A stretch of DNA of 64,000 nt from Corallococcus coralloides DSM 2259 (GCF_000255295.1 NC_017030.1:6294328-6358327); one strand, 5' to 3'. Positions 8,810 through 17,741 are shown, numbered from the stretch's first letter. Numbers and translations are program-made. The notes: generated by a model not told the origin, from the letters alone.

Positions 8810-8935
8810 CCCCTCGCGGGCCAGCAGTGCCCCCGTTCCTCTGGGGCCATCGTAGCGTTCTGGGCGCGCGGGGGGTGCGAGCAGCAGCCCCAGCGCGGCC
8901 CCGCCCACTGCGCATCAGGGAGGCCCGGTGCCATT
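8810..8935 (-). pseudogene. degenerate partial duplicate of the 5' end (signal-peptide region) of the OmpA-family gene
   Basis: About 60 nt at 8858-8935 are roughly 85% identical to 7751-7840 (CTGGGCGCGCG.GGGG.TGCGAGCAGCAGC..CCCAGC.CGGC.CCGCC). The - strand translation MGGAALGLLLAPPARPER..GTGALLAREGDF mirrors the OmpA N-terminus ARGGAVLGLLLLAAPARAQD..GSGELLAPGAL, with deletions. Confidence 0.5.
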
Positions 8936-10662
8936 CATCCGCCAGGCACAGCCTGCTCCACGGTCCTCGCGCCACCGGAAAGCCTTTTCTCGCGTAAGCG
9001 GCAGCGCGAGGCAATCTCGCCCGGAGCGCTGGCCGCCGGCAGCAGCCTCGACGCCGCGGACAGGTGAGGCTCAGCACGGTCGCACTGCCTCGCTACGCTC
9101 CAGCGAACCCCCAAGGTCATGCGTGTCGGGTAATCGTCAGCGGCAAACCGGAGTGCCTGCGCTTCGATGGCGTCGAGGTTCGAAGCGGTTCCGGCCGCAT
9201 GGCGGATGACAAGGAGCGCCACCTCACGTGAGGTGCCCAGCACCCCAAACGCGAGCAGGAGCGCCACGCCACACCACCGGACGGCTCCAGAAAGGTGACG
9301 CCCCAGCGCGGGAGGGCACCAGGTATCCCCAGGCCTCCGGGGCAGCAGCGTGCCAAGGAGGACCGCGGTAACGCAGGCTGCCGCAGGGGTGATGAGCACC
9401 GCGTCGATGGCGCCCAGCCACGTCGTGACCATGAGCAGGGCCGCGGCAGCGCCCCCAGCCAGTGCGTCGTCCGCGCGCGGCGCGCGCAAGAGCGTGCGGC
9501 CAGCGCGCACGAACAATCGGAGCGCGACAAGAACAAGCAGCGCGAAGGCGAACAGGCCTCGTTCGGACAGCACCGCGACCCAGTCGCTACTGGGATAGCG
9601 ATTCGTGGGCTCGTAGCTCTTCAGGTGCACGGATGGGTCATTCGCCTCCGCGAAGCGTGGATACTGTACCGGCCAGTTCCCGGGACCGACGCCAAGAGGC
9701 CAGTAGGCCTTTGCCATGAGCAGCGACGTCTCGTACTGGATCAGCCGCCCGCGGCCGCTCCCCGAGTCCGCCTCCACGAGCCCCCAAAGCGTGTCCCGAT
9801 AGGGGTGTGGCGAGTTCCAGCGCAAGCTGTTGGGCAAAATGAGCGCCGCCGTGCCGCCAAGCACCCAAGCAAGCAGGACGGCGGCCCCTCGCCGACGAAT
9901 GCTCCCATTGCCTGTGCGCGGCACGACGTGCAACACCAGTGCGGCGGTGAGGGCGATCACCAATGCGGCCCCCAGCCACGCGCCTCTCGACCTGGCAATC
10001 ACAACCACATAGCCCGAAGTGAGAGCGCTCGCGAGGGCGAGCACCCTCCACCGCCTGGGGTCACCGAGCGCCAGACACGCCGTCGCCGGAAGTCCCAGCA
10101 CCAGCAGGTGCGAAAGGGAGTTTCGATTCCCCAAAGGCCCACCGGGCACCCGGTGAAGGGCGGACAGCCGAGGCGTAAGGCCATTCGCCTCGAGTGCCGC
10201 GATGAGCGCGGCCAGCAGGAGCGTGGAAATGACCGTGGTCAGCAGCACCCGGCGTGTGCCTGAGGGCAGCCCACGCGCGATGACGAAGAAGAGCCCTCCG
10301 CTTGCCGACGTCCCCAGAGACGACCAGGCCAGTGACCGGTTCGTGGCGACCGTCAGTACCGAGGTGCCCCCCAGCACGAGGAAGAGAAGCAGGGCCCCGG
10401 TTTCGGCGTCCAGCCAGCTGTCGCGCTCATGGGCGACGTAAACAGCTGCCGCGACAAAGGACGCGATGATGACCATCGCGGTCTTGGGCTGGAAGAAATC
10501 AAGTGGGTCGGTAGGAGGTAATGGCCAGGCCGACAACACGCTGCCGACCACCCCTGCCGCCAGCAGAACGGTGACAATCCATGCCGCGCCACTCTCCGCG
10601 AACGGCCTGGGAGGGGGCTTCGTCGCCGCAGGCGGCAAGGGGTCGCGGGCCGCACTCGACAT
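8935..10662 (-). CDS. O-antigen ligase (Wzy_C)-family polytopic membrane protein, PglL/WaaL-like, with a ~150-aa C-terminal soluble extension
   Basis: At least 10 TM helices. The SRGAWLGAALVI motif and the downstream loop NDPSVHLKSYEPTNRYPSSDWVAVLSERGLFAF resemble the Wzy_C signature region. It is the last gene of the tight operon with the SdpB-like gene, with a 15-nt gap. Confidence 0.6.
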   Translation of the reverse strand: MSSAARDPLPPAATKPPPRPFAESGAAWIVTVLLAAGVVGSVLSAWPLPPTDPLDFFQPKTAMVIIASFVAAAVYVAHERDSWLDAETGALLLFLVLGGTSVLTVATNRSLAWSSLGTSASGGLFFVIARGLPSGTRRVLLTTVISTLLLAALIAALEANGLTPRLSALHRVPGGPLGNRNSLSHLLVLGLPATACLALGDPRRWRVLALASALTSGYVVVIARSRGAWLGAALVIALTAALVLHVVPRTGNGSIRRRGAAVLLAWVLGGTAALILPNSLRWNSPHPYRDTLWGLVEADSGSGRGRLIQYETSLLMAKAYWPLGVGPGNWPVQYPRFAEANDPSVHLKSYEPTNRYPSSDWVAVLSERGLFAFALLVLVALRLFVRAGRTLLRAPRADDALAGGAAAALLMVTTWLGAIDAVLITPAAACVTAVLLGTLLPRRPGDTWCPPALGRHLSGAVRWCGVALLLAFGVLGTSREVALLVIRHAAGTASNLDAIEAQALRFAADDYPTRMTLGVRWSVARQCDRAEPHLSAASRLLPAASAPGEIASRCRLREKRLSGGARTVEQAVPGG

Positions 10663-10677
10663 TCCAGTCCACTCCCA

Positions 10678-11643
10678 TCATTGCAGGGACGACCTGCGCG
10701 TGAACCCGGGGACGGAGGGCCACTTCAGCGCCAACCGTGGCAGCGCGAACGGCACATCGACGGGACGCAGGAAGAGGATGAGCGCGCCAAACATCACCAG
10801 GGCAAAACCCAGCAGTCCATGAACCAGCGCGATGGCCGCATGAAAGGAGATGCCAAGTACGAGCAGCACCGAACGGGCACGGCGTGTTGCGAGGATACCG
10901 GCGAAGAGCATCATCTCCAGCAACAGCGACCCCCACGTCATGAGGGTGATGACCATGCCGTCGGTCAGCAGGGGCATGACGAGTGTCCGGACAGGCTCAG
11001 CGAAGCCAAACCACGGATCCGTGAACCAGTAATACACGGCCGTCCCGTCGCGCCACTCCGCCACCTTCATCTTCGAGACACCCGCATGGAAATAGATTCC
11101 AGCGACCTGAAGCCGAATGGCCCAGAGGCAGGTGAGTGCGACAAATCGCGCGCTCAGACTTGCGAGCGTCCCACCTGGTGTCGACAGGCCTTGTTCATTC
11201 AGCGGAGGAGGATCCCAGTGCCAGCGCCGGGAATCGGTGAGCGTCACGGGAATGAGCAGGAACGAGAGGACCGTGGCCGCCTGGTCCCCCCCGTCAACCA
11301 CCTTCGACGCCGTGAAGAAGCTCATCGCCACGTACCAGTGCAGCACCCCGGTCACCCGGGGGCGCCAGCCGCTTGCGACAAGCGCGAGTACGATGATGGC
11401 AATCCAGCGAGCCACCTCCAGGTAGGCGACTCCGGCGAAGCAGAAGAGGCCCATGCGCGCAGGGCCTCCACAGTGGGACGCATTGGGCACGTCCGCCGCC
11501 ACCAGGAAGAGGTCGGCGGGAGAGGTGAACAGGAGCGTGCCCAGCATGCCCAGTGCGATACACGAGCGGGCGAGCCCCACGACGTTGGAGTGCAGAGGCT
11601 GCTCAAGCGAGGACCGCACCCAGATGCCGAGCCGGGTCAGCAC
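10678..11643 (-). CDS. SdpB-family / HTTM-domain (vitamin K-dependent gamma-carboxylase-like) integral membrane protein
   Basis: Multi-TM protein with the HTTM-like core LQVAGIYFHAGVSKMKVAEWRDGTAVYYWFTDPWFG. A GTG start at 11643 overlaps the SdpA-like stop (GTGCTGA), which suggests translational coupling. A longer alternative reaches 11808. Confidence 0.6.
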   Translation of the reverse strand: MLTRLGIWVRSSLEQPLHSNVVGLARSCIALGMLGTLLFTSPADLFLVAADVPNASHCGGPARMGLFCFAGVAYLEVARWIAIIVLALVASGWRPRVTGVLHWYVAMSFFTASKVVDGGDQAATVLSFLLIPVTLTDSRRWHWDPPPLNEQGLSTPGGTLASLSARFVALTCLWAIRLQVAGIYFHAGVSKMKVAEWRDGTAVYYWFTDPWFGFAEPVRTLVMPLLTDGMVITLMTWGSLLLEMMLFAGILATRRARSVLLVLGISFHAAIALVHGLLGFALVMFGALILFLRPVDVPFALPRLALKWPSVPGFTRRSSLQ

Positions 11644-12302
11644 GAGACCTCCAAGGGCACGACACGCAAGGGCATCGTCACGGGCGTGGGGGACTGCGCC
11701 CAGGCCCACGGCACGAGCCGTTGCAGGACGATGGCGGTTGGCCCGCACATGGTCGGCTCTGGGAAGGTGTTCTTCACGGCGCGCCCGGGTGGAAGCTTCG
11801 CCAGACATTTCTCGACGGATTCCTCACAGGGCAGCCAGGCGTCCTCGGGAAGGCCGTTCACCAGCCGTCCAATCTCCAGCAGCTGCGCGCGGGACTTGCG
11901 GCGGAGCCCTCCGAGATTGGAGAGGCGGCCATGGGGGGCCAGGAGCACCGACTCCCAGGTGGAACCGCGGAGCACGTATGCGGTTCTCTTCTCCTCTCGC
12001 GGATTGCGCGTGAAGAATGACCACCCCTGCGGTGCCCACAAGAACGTGTGCAACTGCTTCGCGTAGGGCAGGCGCACGGGACTGTAGGGCACCGCAGGGT
12101 AGATCGAGTACCCGATGGCGACAATCCATGCGAGCCCCACCACGACGGCAACCGCCCCCAGTCTTGCGTGACTGACTCCAGGGACAGGTGCTGATTCGCT
12201 GGCAGCGGTGATGCGACTGGAAGAGTCCATGATGACACGTTGGGGCAGGCAGTGGACCGTCGGCGCCAGTGCGCAGGCCTGAGCCGTGCGCACCAGCGCC
12301 AT
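11637..12302 (-). CDS. SdpA-family-like protein with N-terminal membrane helix
   Basis: Single N-terminal TM (LGAVAVVVGLAWIVAIGY) followed by the APQGWSFFTRNPREE motif recalled from SdpA-family proteins. It sits immediately upstream of the HTTM/SdpB-like gene and overlaps it by 7 nt. The start is 8 nt after the stop of the upstream lipoprotein gene. An alternative ATG is at 12230. Confidence 0.45.
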   Translation of the reverse strand: MALVRTAQACALAPTVHCLPQRVIMDSSSRITAASESAPVPGVSHARLGAVAVVVGLAWIVAIGYSIYPAVPYSPVRLPYAKQLHTFLWAPQGWSFFTRNPREEKRTAYVLRGSTWESVLLAPHGRLSNLGGLRRKSRAQLLEIGRLVNGLPEDAWLPCEESVEKCLAKLPPGRAVKNTFPEPTMCGPTAIVLQRLVPWAWAQSPTPVTMPLRVVPLEVSC

Positions 12303-12309
12303 CACATCA

Positions 12310-13071
12310 CTACTGAACCGCGATTCGCGTGGCGATCTTGTTGATCAACTGGTCACGCGCGAGCTGTGCTCCCCGCCACGAGTTCTCGCCACCGGACTCG
12401 GTGTGATCGTAGGTGGTATTGCCCGTGGCGATGTTGTCGGAGTCGATGTTTCCGGAATCGGTATTGGTCAGGTAGGTATTGCCGGAGTCGGTGTTCTCAA
12501 GCTCATTGTTGCCTGAGATGGTGTTCGCCTCCATGGTGTTGCCTGACTCCATGTTGCCGGCGATCGAGTTGCCATAGGCCGTGTTGCCGATCTCGCTATT
12601 GCCGGAGACCGTGTTCTCGTAGACGGTATTATCGGATTCGGTATTGTCGGTGGACCCCATGGCGGTGAGCTGTCGCTTGGGGCTCACCTTCCGGACAAGC
12701 GCCGCGCTTTCGCGCAGGGCCCGCTCGATGCGCAGGTGGTTTCCGCTCTGGACCTCGACACCGAAACGATCGAAGAACGTCGGATCGGCCTGGCGCATGT
12801 TCGCCACCAGCGTTGCCTTGGAGCGCTCCCGTGCGGCCTGATTCTGGGGCGTCAGTCGGGTGGGCTGCTGGCGGACTCCCATCTCGGCGTATAGCTCCGC
12901 GAAGACTCCCTCACGGAACGCAAGGTCACCGAAGAGCTTCTCGCCGCTCTGCGCCTGCCAGCTCCGCGCTTGCGAGCCCCCGCTGCCGCACGCGACCATC
13001 AACGACGCAAGCCCTACAACCGTCACAGCCTCTGCCAACTTCTTCAGAAGTGGAAGCCTATGCCGCTGCAT
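12310..13071 (-). CDS. lipoprotein with 17 tandem non-canonical pentapeptide repeats N-[TS]-x-x-G
   Basis: Signal and lipobox MQRHRLPLLKKLAEAVTVVGLASLMVAC. The C-terminal 85 aa are 17 consecutive 5-residue units (NTVSG NSEIG NTAYG NSIAG NMESG NTMEA NTISG ... NTDSG ...). Codon usage is atypical, for example AAT for Asn. It is the first gene of the four-gene operon. Confidence 0.65.
   Translation of the reverse strand: MQRHRLPLLKKLAEAVTVVGLASLMVACGSGGSQARSWQAQSGEKLFGDLAFREGVFAELYAEMGVRQQPTRLTPQNQAARERSKATLVANMRQADPTFFDRFGVEVQSGNHLRIERALRESAALVRKVSPKRQLTAMGSTDNTESDNTVYENTVSGNSEIGNTAYGNSIAGNMESGNTMEANTISGNNELENTDSGNTYLTNTDSGNIDSDNIATGNTTYDHTESGGENSWRGAQLARDQLINKIATRIAVQ
12390..12650. repeat. 15-bp-period tandem DNA repeat (17 units) that encodes the pentapeptide array
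   Basis: Periodic GGCAAYAC/GTTGCC-type units. The opposite-strand frame gives the periodic Cys/Arg pattern ..CRSRC..CC..CC.., as expected for 15-nt periodicity. Confidence 0.8.
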
Positions 13072-13271
13072 ATGAATGAACCTCATGTCTTGATGATTGG
13101 GGACCGACTGGGCTGAAGGACTGCAAACCTAAAATCGTGCACTCTTGATATCCGCGAAGTCAAGGAGTTTCCAGGGAGCACGGATTTTCTGATTCATGTG
13201 ACCCGCGGAGTCCAGGGCCCAATGGACGGCGATCCTCGTCCTGCTACATTGCAATGGAAGAGCTCTTGAAA

Positions 13272-14240
13272 ATGCGCAAGCGGCCAGTCATTGCCATGCT
13301 GTTGCTTCTCTTCTTCCTTCTGCCCACCCTGGGCATGTCGGGCTTGTGGCTGGCAACCCCCGATGCATCCGCACTGCTGCGGAATCACCCTCAACACACC
13401 CAATACATGCTTCTGCGGGCGCGGGAGCAGGGACTGCCCGACCACGCATTCTCCTTGCAGTGGATTGCACTCGGTGATGTTTCACCCCTGTTGATCTGCT
13501 CGGTTGTCAAGGCAGAGGACACGGGCTTCTTCCGGCATCAGGGAGTCGAGTGGGGCGAAACGCGCCGCATTGCCTGGAAATGGCTCACGGGGAACGCCAC
13601 ACATGGCGGCAGCACCATCAGCCAGCAACTCGCCCGGAACCTCTATTTTTCTCCAGACCGCAACGCGGTTCGAAAACTGCGCGAGCTGTTTGCCGCCAAT
13701 GAACTCGAGAGGACATTGGACAAGCGCCGGATCCTGGAGCTCTATCTCAATACTGTCGAATGGGCAGATGGGGTCTGGGGCATACGAAACGCCAGCTTGC
13801 ACTTCTTCAGCAAGGAGCCCGGTGCGCTGGATGCCTTTGAGGCCGCGTTTCTCGTGAGCCTGCTGCCGGCACCGCGTCAGCCATTGCTCGGCCCGAACGG
13901 CTATCGAGCTTACGTCGTCCAGTCGCGCGTACTGAGCCAGCTTCGGGCCTCGGGCCTGCTGGACACGGACGCGTACCAGCGTGGGCAGACACAGGTGAGG
14001 ACGCTCTACAGACAGCTTCTCCGAGGACAGAGGGTGGAAGAGGTTCTCGCTGGAGAACGCTCCACAGGTCCTGAGGTGCGTGGAACAGTCCCTCACCCCG
14101 AGGAAGTGGATGAAGTACTCCGTCAGGAATGTGGGCTCGAGCAGGAACGTGCCGCGGCGAAGAACGCTGTGGCTCCGCCGAACTCCGGGACGAAGTCCCC
14201 CTCCCTGCCCCAGCATGGGCAGGGAGGTCCAGTCGACTGA
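13272..14240 (+). CDS. mtgA: monofunctional biosynthetic peptidoglycan glycosyltransferase (GT51 transglycosylase)
   Basis: N-terminal TM anchor and GT51 motifs EDTGFFRHQGVEW and GGSTISQQLARNLY. GGAAGAG lies 9 nt before the ATG at 13272. An alternative start is at 13254. Confidence 0.8.
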   Translation: MRKRPVIAMLLLLFFLLPTLGMSGLWLATPDASALLRNHPQHTQYMLLRAREQGLPDHAFSLQWIALGDVSPLLICSVVKAEDTGFFRHQGVEWGETRRIAWKWLTGNATHGGSTISQQLARNLYFSPDRNAVRKLRELFAANELERTLDKRRILELYLNTVEWADGVWGIRNASLHFFSKEPGALDAFEAAFLVSLLPAPRQPLLGPNGYRAYVVQSRVLSQLRASGLLDTDAYQRGQTQVRTLYRQLLRGQRVEEVLAGERSTGPEVRGTVPHPEEVDEVLRQECGLEQERAAAKNAVAPPNSGTKSPSLPQHGQGGPVD

Positions 14241-15091
14241 CTACTTCACGCCGCGCTGAGCTGCCTCCAGCGTGTTCTTCATCAGCATCGCGATCGTCAT
14301 CGGGCCCACGCCACCCGGGACCGGCGTGATGTACGACGCACGCTCCGCCGCGGCGGCGAACTCCACGTCGCCCACCAGCTTGCCGTCCGCCTTGCGGTTC
14401 ATGCCCACGTCAATCACCACCGCGCCGGGCTTGATCCACGCGCCCTTCACCAGCTCCGGCACGCCCACCGCCACCACCAGGATGTCCGCCTGCGCCACCT
14501 CCGACGGCAGGTCGCTCTTGCGGTGGCACACCGTCACCGTCGCGTCCTTCTGGAGCAGCATCAGCGCCTGCGGCTTGCCCACGATGTTGCTGCGGCCCAC
14601 CACCACCGCGCGCTTGCCGGCCGGATTGCACCCCACTTCTTCCAACAGCCTCATCACCCCGTAGGGCGTGCACGCGCGCGTCGCCGGGCGCCCCAGGAGC
14701 AGGTTGCCCGCGTTCATCGGGTGGAAGCCGTCCGCGTCCTTCTCCGGCTTCACCGCCGCGATGATGGCGTCCGCGTCGATGTGCTTGGGCAGCGGCAGCT
14801 GCACCAGGATGCCGTGCACGGCCGGATCCTCATTGAGCCGGTGCACCAGCGCCAGGAGCTCGTCCTGGGTGATGTTCTCGTCCGGGTGGTGCTCCCAGGA
14901 GTTGAAGCCCACCTCCTCGGCGGCCTTCTTCTTCCCCGTCACGTAGATCTTCGACGCCGGGTCCTCACCCACGCGCACCACGGCGAGCCCCGGGGTGATG
15001 CCGCGCTCGGCCTTCAGGCGCGTCACCTCCTCCTTGATCTCCGCCCGCACGCGCGCCGCCACTGCCTTGCCGTCAATCAACTGAGCCGTCA
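14241..15091 (-). CDS. folD: bifunctional methylenetetrahydrofolate dehydrogenase / methenyl-THF cyclohydrolase
   Basis: [55 protein letters not shown] is canonical FolD. The ATG is at 15091. Confidence 0.9.
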
Positions 15092-15143
15092 TGCGACCCA
15101 CCTTATGCAAGACTGGCCCGGCACAAGGGAGCGAAGCGAAGGC

Positions 15144-15980
15144 ATGGGCGCGGGAAAAGTTCTCGGGGCGATGTTGGGTCTCATGGCCGGCCTCCTCATG
15201 GGCGGGCCCTGGGCCATCGTGCTCTCCCTCATCCTGGGCACGGCCCTGGGCCACTACTTCGACGAACAGCACGCCGCGCCCCCGGACTTCCCTGAAATCT
15301 TCAGCGACTTCCCCACCACCTTCGAACCGCCTCCCAAGCCGGCCCCCCTCTCCCAGGGCCCGGGCGAGTTCCCCATCATCCAGGCCCCGGACGAGGACCC
15401 GCTCGACCGCGACATCACCGCCCTCTTCGTGGACGTGGCCCGCGCCGACGGGGACATGCGCCGCGAGGAGGTCCGCGAGGTCCGCCGCTACTTCGAGGAG
15501 GTCCTCCGCGCCGACGCCCACACCGTCCAGGCCGTGCGCCGCTACCTCAAGGACTTCCTCGCCCACCCCGCCTCCCTGGACTCCCCCGCCGCCCTCGCCT
15601 CCTGCCTGGACTCCCTGCCTTCGGGCGAACGGCTCCGCCTGCTGGACGCGCTCTATGAGATGGCGCTCGCGGACGGCCCCCTCCAGCGCTCCGAACGCGA
15701 GGCCCTGAAGCGCATGGCCGAAGGGCTGGACGTCCCCGACGCCAAGGTCCAGGCCCTGGCCGAACAGCACCTGGGCGACGCCACCGCCCACTACCAGACG
15801 CTGGGCCTCCCCCCGGACGCCACCGACGCGGAGGTGAAGAGCGCCTACCGCAAGCTCGCCGCCCGCTTCCACCCGGACAAGGCCAGCCACCTCGCGCCCA
15901 AGGCCGCCGAGCAGGCCGCCCGCCGGTTCCAGGCCGCCCGCGACGCCTACGAGGAAATCCGCAGGCTGCGCGGCCTGTAG
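15144..15980 (+). CDS. DjlA-like co-chaperone (N-terminal TM, TerB-like domain, C-terminal J domain)
   Basis: TM helix [27 protein letters not shown]. Central TerB-like region. C-terminal J domain [30 protein letters not shown]. Transcribed divergently from folD. Confidence 0.7.
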   Translation: MGAGKVLGAMLGLMAGLLMGGPWAIVLSLILGTALGHYFDEQHAAPPDFPEIFSDFPTTFEPPPKPAPLSQGPGEFPIIQAPDEDPLDRDITALFVDVARADGDMRREEVREVRRYFEEVLRADAHTVQAVRRYLKDFLAHPASLDSPAALASCLDSLPSGERLRLLDALYEMALADGPLQRSEREALKRMAEGLDVPDAKVQALAEQHLGDATAHYQTLGLPPDATDAEVKSAYRKLAARFHPDKASHLAPKAAEQAARRFQAARDAYEEIRRLRGL

Positions 15981-16004
15981 CCCGGGTTAGAAGACAGGAA
16001 TCCC

Positions 16005-16709
16005 ATGAGCCAGCGTCCCCCCAAGAAGAAGGAAGCGGAGTTCCAGAACAACCCGTTCAAGTCCGCCATCAAGACGCTTCAGGATCAGCAGAAGCAGGAG
16101 AAGGAGGCCGCCGCCGCGGAGGCCGCCGCGAAGAAGAAGGCCGTCGTGCAGAGGTCCACGAAGGCCCCCAAGGCCCGTCCGGAAGACGACGACGTGGGCC
16201 TCTTCTTCTCCGCCATGGACGGCGTGCAGCAGATCACCAACCGCGGTGAAGCCCCCAAGACGAACCCGCGCCTGCCGGAGCTCATCGACGACAACGCGGA
16301 GGCGCTCGCGCAGCTCTCCGACCTGGTCGCCGTGGACGGGCCGTTGTCCTTCAGTGGCTCGGACGAGTCCTTCGAGGGCGCCTCCCCCGGCACCGACCCC
16401 AACCTGCTGCGTTCGCTGCGCCGGGGCGACTTCTCCGTGCAGGACCGGCTGGACCTTCACGGCAAGACGCAGCGCGAGGCCCAGGCCGCCGTGGAGCGCT
16501 TCCTGTCCGACAGCCGCCGCGCCAAGCGCCGCTGCGTGCTCATCGTCCACGGGCGCGGTTTGAATTCCAAGGATCAGATCCCGGTGCTCAAGGACGCGGT
16601 GCGGGACCTTCTGTCGCAGAAGCGACTGGAGCGGATGGTGCTGGCGTTCTCCACTGCCCGTCCGCAGGACGGCGGGGCCGGCGCCGTCTACGTGCTGCTG
16701 CGCCGATAG
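16005..16709 (+). CDS. Smr-domain protein
   Basis: C-terminal Smr domain DLHGKTQREAQAAVERFL..CVLIVHGRGLNS. The N-terminus is Lys/Glu/Ala-rich and low in complexity. Confidence 0.7.
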   Translation: MSQRPPKKKEAEFQNNPFKSAIKTLQDQQKQEKEAAAAEAAAKKKAVVQRSTKAPKARPEDDDVGLFFSAMDGVQQITNRGEAPKTNPRLPELIDDNAEALAQLSDLVAVDGPLSFSGSDESFEGASPGTDPNLLRSLRRGDFSVQDRLDLHGKTQREAQAAVERFLSDSRRAKRRCVLIVHGRGLNSKDQIPVLKDAVRDLLSQKRLERMVLAFSTARPQDGGAGAVYVLLRR

Positions 16710-16745
16710 CTTTACGCGTGGCCGTGGCTGTGCATACATGCCGCC

Positions 16746-17738
16746 ATGGTTCGCGACCTCATTGACCTTCATATCCACGTGGGTGGCGCGGTGGCTCCGC
16801 ACATCCTGTGGTCCATTGCCCACCAGCAGGGCTTCAAGCTCCCCGTCAAGAACTACTTCGACTTCGTCGAGCTGATCACCTCCCGTCCGGGCAAGGTGGG
16901 CAGCCTCGACGACTACCTGAAGATCCTCCACACCTGGACGGAGAAGATCCAATCCTCTCCCAGCGCCATCGAGCGCTCCGTCTACGAGGTGATTGGCAAG
17001 GAGTACCGGGGCAGCCGCGTCACCCAGATCGAGCTGCGCTTCAACCCGATGAAGCGCAACCTCTCCAGCGAGCTGGACCTGGACCACATCATCCACGCGG
17101 CGCTGCGGGGCATGGACCGCGCGACGCTGGAGTACGGCGTGAAGGTGGGCCTCATCTTCTGCCTGGCCCGCGAGTTCGACCACAAGCTCAACAGCATCAT
17201 CGTGGAGAAGGCCATCAAGTACCGCTCGCGCGGCGTGTACGGCATCGACCTGGCCGGCACGGAGCGCGACGCGATGGAGCACAAGGCCTCTCTCTCTGAG
17301 TACGAGGACCTCTACGCCCGGGCTCGCAAGGCGGGCCTCAAGTGCACCGTGCACACCGGCGAGACGGCCGGCACGGGCGCCAACGGCCTGATGGCGGCGG
17401 TGGAGAAGCTCAAGCCCCACCGCATCGGCCACGGCATCCGCGCCGCGTACGACGAGTCCGCGATGAAGATCCTGCGCGAGAACAACATCACGCTGGAGCT
17501 GTGCCCGACCTCCAACATCCACACCAAGGCGGTGGCGGACCTGCAGGAGCTCAAGCACATCATGCAGACGTTCTGGGACCGCAAGGTGAAGTTCACCATC
17601 AACACGGACGGCCCCTACCTGCTGGAGACGGACATGCGGCGGGAGATTGAGATCGTCGAGTCCAACGGCCTGCTTTCCACGGAGCAGGTGGACCAGGCAC
17701 TCGCGTGGGCGCGCGAGGCGTCCTTCATCCCGGCCTGA
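16746..17738 (+). CDS. add: adenosine deaminase family metallohydrolase
   Basis: HIHVGG (the HxH motif), TVHTGE, RIGHG and TINTDGP are the metal-binding and catalytic signatures of the adenosine/AMP deaminase family. Confidence 0.8.
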   Translation: MVRDLIDLHIHVGGAVAPHILWSIAHQQGFKLPVKNYFDFVELITSRPGKVGSLDDYLKILHTWTEKIQSSPSAIERSVYEVIGKEYRGSRVTQIELRFNPMKRNLSSELDLDHIIHAALRGMDRATLEYGVKVGLIFCLAREFDHKLNSIIVEKAIKYRSRGVYGIDLAGTERDAMEHKASLSEYEDLYARARKAGLKCTVHTGETAGTGANGLMAAVEKLKPHRIGHGIRAAYDESAMKILRENNITLELCPTSNIHTKAVADLQELKHIMQTFWDRKVKFTINTDGPYLLETDMRREIEIVESNGLLSTEQVDQALAWAREASFIPA

Positions 17739-17741
17739 CAC

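Noticed and set aside
8678-8908. 76-aa minus-strand ORF MGGAALGLLLAPPARPER...
   Set aside because: I interpret it as the translated remnant of the duplicated OmpA 5' end (a pseudogene fragment), not as an independent gene.
10681-12066. 461-aa plus-strand ORF
   Set aside because: It is antisense to the SdpB-like and SdpA-like genes and has no motifs. The minus-strand products have clear TM architecture.
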